From positions 48,899 to 112,898 of the forward strand of contig CAWJFP010000028.1 of NCBI GenBank assembly GCA_963842155.1: a DNA stretch of 64,000 bases, given 5' to 3'. This document shows positions 57,742-64,000 of this stretch, piece after piece. Position 1 is the stretch's first letter; each line of letters begins with the position of its first letter. The translations under genes and the position numbers were made by a program. Origin of the DNA: an uncultured Pseudomonadota bacterium. GTDB taxonomy: Bacteria > Pseudomonadota > Alphaproteobacteria > JACZXZ01. The notes below the pieces were generated by a model. That model saw only the letters and a program-made list of their open reading frames with translations, searched no databases and had not been told where the DNA came from.

Positions 57742-59038
57742 ATGATCGATCCCAAGCACTTCAAATTCGACACCCTCGCGCTCCATGCCGGCCAGCGACC
57801 CGATCCGGCGACGGGCGCCCGCGCCGTGCCCATCTACCAGACCACCTCCTTCGTCTTCGAGGATGTCGACCAGGCGGCCGCGCTCTTCAACCTCGAGCGC
57901 GCCGGCCATATCTACAGCCGCATCTCGAATCCGACGGTCGCCGTGCTCGAGGAGCGCATCGCGGCACTCGAAGGCGGCGTCGGCGCCGTCGCCACGGCAA
58001 GCGGCCAGGCGGCGCTCCATCTCGGCATCGCCACGCTCATGGGCCAGGGCGGGCATATCGTCTCCTCGGCCTCGCTCTATGGCGGCAGCCACAATCTCCT
58101 CCACCACACCTTGCCGCGCTTCGGCATCGTCGCGAGCTTCGTCGATCCGCGCGACCCCGCCGCCTTCAAGGCGGCGATAAGGCCCGAGACGCGCCTCCTC
58201 TACGGCGAGACGCTCGGCAATCCCGGGCTCGAGGTAATGGACATCACGGCCGTCGCCCAGGTCGCCCACGAGGCCGGCTTGCCGCTCATGATCGACAATA
58301 CCTTCGCCACGCCCTATCTCTGCCGCCCCTTCGAGCTGGGCGCCGACATCGTCACCCATTCGGTGACCAAATTCCTCGGCGGCCACGGCGTCGCCATCGG
58401 CGGCATCCTCGTCGAACTCCGGACGCTTCGACTGGGAGAAGTCGGGCAAGTTCCCCACCTTGAGCGAGCCCTACGCGGCCTATCACGGCATCGATTTCGC
58501 CGAGGAGTTCGGCCCCATGGCCTACCTCATGCGGGCGCGCTCCGAGGGCCTGCGCGATTTCGGCGCCTCGATGAGCCCGCAAAACGCCTTCTACCTCATC
58601 CAGGGGGTGGAGACCTTGCCGCTGCGGATGGCGCGTCATGTCGAGAACGCGCTTGCCGTTGCGCGCTACCTGGCGGGCGCCAGGAACGTGCTTTGGGTCA
58701 AATATCCCGGCCTCGAGAGCCATCCCGACTATGAGCGCGCGAAGAAGCTGCTGCCGCGCGGCGCGGGCGCGATTCTGAGCTTCGGCGTCAAGGGCGGCAG
58801 GGAAGGTGGCCGTTGCTTCATCGAGTCGCTGCGGCTCTTCTCCCATCTCGCCAATGTGGGCGACGCGAAATCCTTGGTGATACATCCCGCCAGCACCACG
58901 CATCAGCAGATGGATAGCGCGGCATTGGCGGCCGCCGGCATCGAGGAGGGGCTCGTCCGGCTCTCCGTCGGCCTCGAGGATCCGGCCGACCTCATCGACG
59001 ATCTCAAGCAGGCGCTGAGCGCCGTCGGCCTGGGCTGA
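57742..59038 (+). CDS. metY: O-acetylhomoserine aminocarboxypropyltransferase (apparent +1 insertion near 58415)
   Basis: AVPIYQTTSF, YSRISNPT, HSVTKFLGGHG, HLANVGDAKSLVIHPASTTH across two ORFs. Confidence 0.9.
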
Positions 59039-59041
59039 GCC

Positions 59042-59851
59042 ATGGAGCTGACGGTCGATGGCCGCAAGGTTTTCGCCGCGACCGGCGGGAAGCCCTTCGA
59101 CCCGGCGCTTCCCACGGTCCTCCTCCTCCACGGCGCCGGCATGGATCATACCGTCTGGCAGCTGCAGAGCCGCTATCTCGCCCATCACGGGCGATCGGTG
59201 CTGGCGGTCGATCTGCCCGGCCATGGCCGCTCGGCGGGTCCGGCATTGCCGGCGATCGCGGATTGCGCCGATTGGCTCGCGAGGTTGATCGCGGCGGCGG
59301 GGCTCGCGCGCGCAGCCCTCGTCGGCCATAGCATGGGCGCGCTCGTCGCCCTCGAGACGGCCGCGCGCGCGCCGTCGCGGGTCTCGGCGCTCGCTCTCCT
59401 CGGCGTGGCGGCGGCGACGCCGGTGCATCCCGAGCTTCTCTCGGCCGCCGCGCACGGCGAGGCGCTGGCGGCGGACCTCATCACCGCCTGGGGCTTCGGC
59501 AAGCCCGCGCATCTGGGCGGCCATCGCGCACCGGGCATTTGGATGCTGGGCGGCGCCAAGCGGCTGCTCGAGCAGACGGGCGCACTTGCGCGCGACCTCC
59601 AGGCTTGCGATGGCTACAAGGGCGCGCTCGCGGCCGCCGCGCGCGTCGCTTGTCCCGCGCTTCTCATCCTCGGCGCCCTCGACCGCATGACGCCGCTCGA
59701 GGCCGGGCGCGAGCTCGCCGCCGCCATTCCCGGCGCGCGCTGCTTGGTGCTGCCGGACTGCGGTCATATGATGATGATGGAGCGGTCCGACGCGACGCTC
59801 GACGCGTTGCGCGATTTTCTTTCCCACGCCGCCGCGGCCACGGCCGGCTAG
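59042..59851 (+). CDS. Alpha/beta fold hydrolase
   Basis: LHGAG, DLPGHG, GHSMG, CGH. Confidence 0.9.
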   Translation: MELTVDGRKVFAATGGKPFDPALPTVLLLHGAGMDHTVWQLQSRYLAHHGRSVLAVDLPGHGRSAGPALPAIADCADWLARLIAAAGLARAALVGHSMGALVALETAARAPSRVSALALLGVAAATPVHPELLSAAAHGEALAADLITAWGFGKPAHLGGHRAPGIWMLGGAKRLLEQTGALARDLQACDGYKGALAAAARVACPALLILGALDRMTPLEAGRELAAAIPGARCLVLPDCGHMMMMERSDATLDALRDFLSHAAAATAG

Positions 59852-59897
59852 CGGCGGTCCCTGCCGTTACAAGCCCTCAATCAAGGATGAGCGTTCC

Positions 59898-60882
59898 ATG
59901 GATTACGTGAATCTCGGCACGACCGGCCTCAAGATATCCCGTCTCTGCCTCGGCTGCATGACCTTCGGCTCGAAAAAATGGCGCGAATGGGTGCTCGACT
60001 ACGAGGAGGGGCTGCCGATCATCAAGCGGGCGCTCGAGCTCGGCATCAATTTCTTCGACACGGCCGACGCCTATTCCCTCGGCGCCAGCGAGGAGATCCT
60101 GGGCCGCGCGCTCAAGGCGCTGGGCGCGGAGCGCGACAGGATCGTCGTCGCGACCAAGGTCTTCAATCCGATGGGGCCGGATCCCAATCGGCGCGGCCTC
60201 TCGCGCAAGCATATCATGCATTCGATCGACAATTCGCTCGGCCGGCTGGGCCTCGATTACGTCGATCTCTACCAGAATCCACCGCTTCGATCCGACGACG
60301 CCGATCGCCGAGACGCTGGAGGCGCTGACCGACGTGGTGAAGGCGGGCAAGGCGCTTTATATCGGCGCCTCCTCTATGTTCGCCTGGCAGTTCGCCAAGA
60401 TGCTTGCGACATCGGAGCGGCTCGGCCTCAGCCGCTTCGTCGCCATGCAAAACCATTACAACCTGGTCTACCGCGAGGAGGAGCGCGAAATGATCCCGCT
60501 CTGCCGCGCGGAGGGCGTGGGCCTCATCCCGTGGAGTCCGCTCGCGCGCGGCTTCCTCGCCGGCAACCGCCGCCGTCAGGATTTCGGCGAGACCTTGCGC
60601 GCCCGGACCGATGAGTTCGCCCACAAGCTCTACTATCAGGATTCGGATTTCGCGGTGGTGGACCGGGTGAGCGAGATCGCGCGGAAGCGCGGCGTGGCGA
60701 ACATGCAAGTGGCGCTCGCCTGGCTGCTCCATAAGCCGGGGGTGAGCGCGCCCATCATCGGGGCGAGCAAGCTTCCCCATCTCGAGGAGGCGGTCAAGGC
60801 GCTCGAGCTCAAGCTCGATGCGGAAGAGATCGCGGCGCTCGAAGCGCCCTACAAGCCGCATCCCGTGCTCGGGCACGGGTGA
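59898..60882 (+). CDS. Aldo/keto reductase (apparent +1 insertion near 60276)
   Basis: LCLGCMTFG, FFDTADAY, ATKV, LSRKHI, YIGASSM, MQNHYNL, PWSPLARG. Confidence 0.92.
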
Positions 60883-60969
60883 CGGCTTGAACGAGAAGAA
60901 CCGGCCGACGGCATCGCCGCCGGCCGGTATTCGATCGAGTGGTCTCGTGGATAGCGAGGACTGGCCTCG

Positions 60970-61446
60970 TTAGGCCGCCTTCTGCTCGCTCTGGCGCTCG
61001 ACCTTGCCTTCGATCGTGCGCGAGCCGGCGTTGATGGCGATGGTGCGGGGCTTCTGCTCGTCGGGCACCTCGCGCACCAGCTCGACATGGAGTAGGCCGT
61101 TCTCGAGCGACGCGCCCGCGACCTTGATATGGTCGGCGAGCTCGAAGCGGCGCTGGAAGGCGCGGCGACCGATACCGCGATGGAGATACTCGGTCTCCTG
61201 CGCGGCCTCCTGGCCCTTGCCCGAGATCACCAAGCTGTTCTCCTGGCTGACGATGCCGAGGTCGTCGAGACCGAAGCCTGCAACGGCCATGGTGATGCGG
61301 TATTTATCCTGCCCCGTCTTCTCGATGTTGTAGGGCGGGTAGGAGACTTGCGAATCGTCGACGCGGGTCGCCGCATCCAAGAGGTCGTACATGCGGTCGA
61401 AGCCGACGGTGGAACGAAAGAGCGGGCTGAGATCGAAAGTGCGCAT
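60970..61446 (-). CDS. ibpA: Small heat shock protein (Hsp20, IbpA type)
   Basis: MRTFDLSPLFRSTVGFDR, YPPYNIE, YLHRGI, LENGLL. Confidence 0.95.
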   Translation of the reverse strand: MRTFDLSPLFRSTVGFDRMYDLLDAATRVDDSQVSYPPYNIEKTGQDKYRITMAVAGFGLDDLGIVSQENSLVISGKGQEAAQETEYLHRGIGRRAFQRRFELADHIKVAGASLENGLLHVELVREVPDEQKPRTIAINAGSRTIEGKVERQSEQKAA

Positions 61447-61550
61447 GGCTACATATCCTCCATTTGAGCAACATGTAGAATTGGGGTTCACCCGAAGGTC
61501 GAACCCCGATTCCGTTTCAGCGCCGAATCCGCTGCGGCATCCGGCGCATT
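61447..61550 (-). promoter_or_regulatory. ROSE-type RNA thermometer in the ibpA 5' UTR
   Basis: Minus-strand hairpin ACATGTTGCTC-AAATG-GAGGATATGT pairs UUGCU with the SD; two further hairpins upstream. Confidence 0.75.
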
Positions 61551-61555
61551 ATTGA

Positions 61556-61584
61556 AATTGGGAGGCCGCGAGCGCTGTTTCAAG
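61556..61584 (-). promoter_or_regulatory. RpoH (sigma32) promoter
   Basis: CTTGAA-N16-CCCAATT upstream of ibpA. Confidence 0.7.
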
Positions 61585-61736
61585 AGGTGGGAAGTCGCGG
61601 AAAATGGGCGGGGCCGCAGGCGATTCCCACGGCAATTCAAGCAGCGAGATTAAGCATGATTCGCTCGCCTCGGACTGTTAGGCTTCGCCCATGCGCTCCG
61701 GATTTTTCCAAGGCCCGACGCGGTAGGGTAGCGCCC

Positions 61737-62141
61737 ATGTTCGCCACCAGCGCCTTCTTCGAGCGCACCTATGGCGAGGCCTGGACGCTTCTGCGGGAGG
61801 CGCGCGACTATCTCGCTCTTTGCGAGGCGCGCGGGCTCAAGGGCATCGCCCTCATGGACCGGCTTCGCTTCAGCCGCGAATCGACCAGGCTCACGGCGCG
61901 GCTCACCGCCATCATGGCCTGGCTGCTGATGCAAAAGGCGGTCGCTGCGGGCGAGCTGGAGCCTCACGAGGTGGTCTCCGCGCGCCATCGTCTGCTGCGC
62001 CGCTCCGTCTGCCTCGACGACGATGGGCGCAACGAAGGCGCCTTGCCGGGAGGGCTGGCGAGCCTCATGACACGCAGCCACGGGCTTTATCTGCGTATCG
62101 CGCGGTTCGACGAGCTGATGGCGCGCGACGCCTTGCCCTAG
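61737..62141 (+). CDS. DUF1465 (RcdA-like) family protein
   Basis: TYGEAWTLLREARDYL, ESTRLTARLTAIMAWLLMQKAV..GE, LYLRIARFD. Confidence 0.8.
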   Translation: MFATSAFFERTYGEAWTLLREARDYLALCEARGLKGIALMDRLRFSRESTRLTARLTAIMAWLLMQKAVAAGELEPHEVVSARHRLLRRSVCLDDDGRNEGALPGGLASLMTRSHGLYLRIARFDELMARDALP

Positions 62142-62161
62142 GCGGCTTGCGCCGTTCGCGC

Positions 62162-62950
62162 CTAACCGTGTTTACCCAGAAACTTCTCGACGATCGTCGC
62201 CAGATAGACCGGCACCTCCTGCATGGGGTAATGGCCCGAATTGGGCATCACCTCGAGCTCGGCACGGGGTAGCCAGGCAAGATAGGTGGCGCGCATGATC
62301 TCGGCCGTCAGCCCTGCGTCATGCTCGCCGGGCAGCACCAGCATCGGCGTCGCGTTGCCCTGGATCTCGGCCACGAAATTGGTGCGCGACCAGGCCGCGA
62401 AATAGTCGGCGAAGGCCTGTTGCGTCGTCGTCTTGCGCGAGTTGGCCACCATCCAATCGAGCCAGGAGCCGGAAAGCCGGCTGCCTGTCGAGAAATCGAC
62501 GATGGCGCGACGGTTAGCGTCGTGCTCGGCGGCGCCCGCGAACAAGGCGAGCTGCTCGCCCTCCAGCGGCACGCCCGAGGCCGGCACCGGGGTGAGGGCG
62601 ACGGCGCTCTTCACGCGCCCGGCGGCGTCGAGAATGATGCGCTGGATCGCCATGCCGCCCATCGAATGGCCAACAAGATGAAAGCGCCGCCAGCCCAGAT
62701 GGTCAGCCAGCGCGATCGCATCGGCGGCGAGCTCGACCATATCGTGGTTGCCGGCGATGTCGCGCGACTTGCCGTAGCCGCGATAATCGACGAAGGCGTA
62801 GCTGAAGCGCGCCGCGTCGAGATAAGGCAGCATCGGCGCGAAGACCGTGTGATCGCCGAGCCAGCCATGCATGACGATGACGCACTCGCCGCCGCCGCCT
62901 ACGAGCGTATGGCCGATAGGCATCGATTTGCTCCCTGTCGGCGCGGCCAT
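62162..62950 (-). CDS. Alpha/beta fold hydrolase
   Basis: MHGW, DYRGYG, GHSMGG, SGHYPMQE. Confidence 0.9.
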   Translation of the reverse strand: MAAPTGSKSMPIGHTLVGGGGECVIVMHGWLGDHTVFAPMLPYLDAARFSYAFVDYRGYGKSRDIAGNHDMVELAADAIALADHLGWRRFHLVGHSMGGMAIQRIILDAAGRVKSAVALTPVPASGVPLEGEQLALFAGAAEHDANRRAIVDFSTGSRLSGSWLDWMVANSRKTTTQQAFADYFAAWSRTNFVAEIQGNATPMLVLPGEHDAGLTAEIMRATYLAWLPRAELEVMPNSGHYPMQEVPVYLATIVEKFLGKHG

Positions 62951-63046
62951 CGCCGCCGCGCTCTATTCTCTTTCGGCGATCTTAGACGGAGCCAGCGAAG
63001 CGGATCAATCGCCCGGCGTGAGGACGCGAAGAAGCTTGTCCAAACA

Positions 63047-63100
63047 TCCTTATGGTTCGAGACGCGCAGGCCTTGGGCCCGCGCTTCTCACCAGGGATGA
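63047..63100. repeat. Degenerate TGGTTCGAGACG...CTCACCA intergenic repeat
   Basis: ATGGTTCGAGACGCGC...GCGCTTCTCACCA hairpin, recalled as an alphaproteobacterial repeat type. Confidence 0.4.
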
Positions 63101-63910
63101 TGTTTGAATTCCGCAAGTTACCTCGCCCCGGGGAGGTGGCGCAGCCGTCGTCTCGAAGGGTGGGGGCATCGCCGCATCCAGGGCGAGTCGGTAGCCGCCG
63201 GGCACGGATTCGAGCAAACTCGCCAACCCGGGCGCGGGCTCGAGCTTGCGGCGCAGGCGATAGACATGCGTCTCGATGGTATGGCTTACCGCCTCGCTGC
63301 TATAGCCCCACACCTGCCGCATCAGGCTGTCTCGGCTCACCGCGCGCCCGCCATTGGCCTGGAAATAGCGCAGCATTGCCGCCTCCTTGGCGGTGAGCCT
63401 GATCTTGCGCCCGCTCGCGCGCTCGACGAGCTGCCGCGTGGCGGGATGGAATAGATAGGGCCCCATCGCCTGGACGGCGCCTCCCGGCTGGCCGCGATGG
63501 CGGAGCTGCGCGCGCAGCCGCGCGATCAGCACCGAGGGCTGGAACGGCCGCGCGATATAGTCGTCGGCGCCCGCATCGAGGCCCGCGATGACCTCGGCCT
63601 CGGCCTGCGTCGCGCCGAGCATGATGATCGGCGCGACGAAGCCCGCGCGGCGCAAGCGCCGGCAAAGCTCGCTGCCGGCCATGTCGGGGAGGCAGGCATC
63701 GAGCAACACCGCATCCGTCTCGCCGCCGCTTGCCAGGCGAAGCGCCTCCAGCCCGAGGCCGGTCGCAAGCACGCGAAATTCGCCTTCATAGGGGCGGAAC
63801 CGGGCCTGGAGCGCCTCGCGCGCCGCGACCGCGCCGTCCGCCAGCAGCAGCCGCAGCGGGGTACCGCTCGACCCTCCGCCCGGCGCGCCGATCGAAGCCT
63901 GCCGCCACAT
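63050..63910 (-). CDS. OmpR-family response regulator, CenR-like winged helix with degenerate receiver
   Basis: GLDAGADDYI, KIRLTAKEAAMLRY, VWGY, HTIETHVYRLRRKLE. Confidence 0.85.
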   Translation of the reverse strand: MWRQASIGAPGGGSSGTPLRLLLADGAVAAREALQARFRPYEGEFRVLATGLGLEALRLASGGETDAVLLDACLPDMAGSELCRRLRRAGFVAPIIMLGATQAEAEVIAGLDAGADDYIARPFQPSVLIARLRAQLRHRGQPGGAVQAMGPYLFHPATRQLVERASGRKIRLTAKEAAMLRYFQANGGRAVSRDSLMRQVWGYSSEAVSHTIETHVYRLRRKLEPAPGLASLLESVPGGYRLALDAAMPPPFETTAAPPPRGEVTCGIQTSSLVRSAGPRPARLEP

Positions 63911-64000
63911 GGCCCTGTCCTCCCGAAAACCGTTCCCAGGGATAAGACGCCAGGCGCCCCGCCATGTTACAGCGGCGAAATAAAAAATCGGCCGACGTCA

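Overview
GC-rich alphaproteobacterial chromosome segment; the gene order and proteins look Rhodospirillales-like (inference). The core is the rif/str/S10/spc/alpha ribosomal supercluster (tRNA-Tyr/Gly/Trp, secE-nusG-rplKAJL-rpoBC-rpsLG-fusA-tuf-S10-spc-secY-adk-rpsMK-rpoA-rplQ, about 12.0-43.2 kb). The left flank holds a lower-GC restriction-modification remnant (5'-truncated GHKL/MORC-type ATPase-nuclease, C5 methyltransferase, Vsr), ubiA/rsmE/gshA, a PlcP/Agt-like lipid-remodelling cluster with a candidate Pho box, and an atypical tRNA-Thr(TGT). The right flank holds a Do protease, rarA, an RluA-family synthase, a TPR-GT4 fusion, HAD/ATP12, a SAM-cyclase-STAND-TPR gene, pccB, an amidase, metY, ibpA with an RpoH promoter and ROSE thermometer, DUF1465 and a degenerate CenR-like regulator. 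The most interesting unexplained structure is the amidase-metY intergenic region. It contains two co-oriented, separately terminated small-RNA-like units: the first carries CCUCCC anti-SD loops, and the second is complementary to it over 22 bp, suggesting an adjacent sRNA/sponge pair. About 13 apparent +1 insertions, including in tuf and rplQ, look like sequencing error rather than true pseudogenes. All calls come from reading the sequence; no database searches were run.
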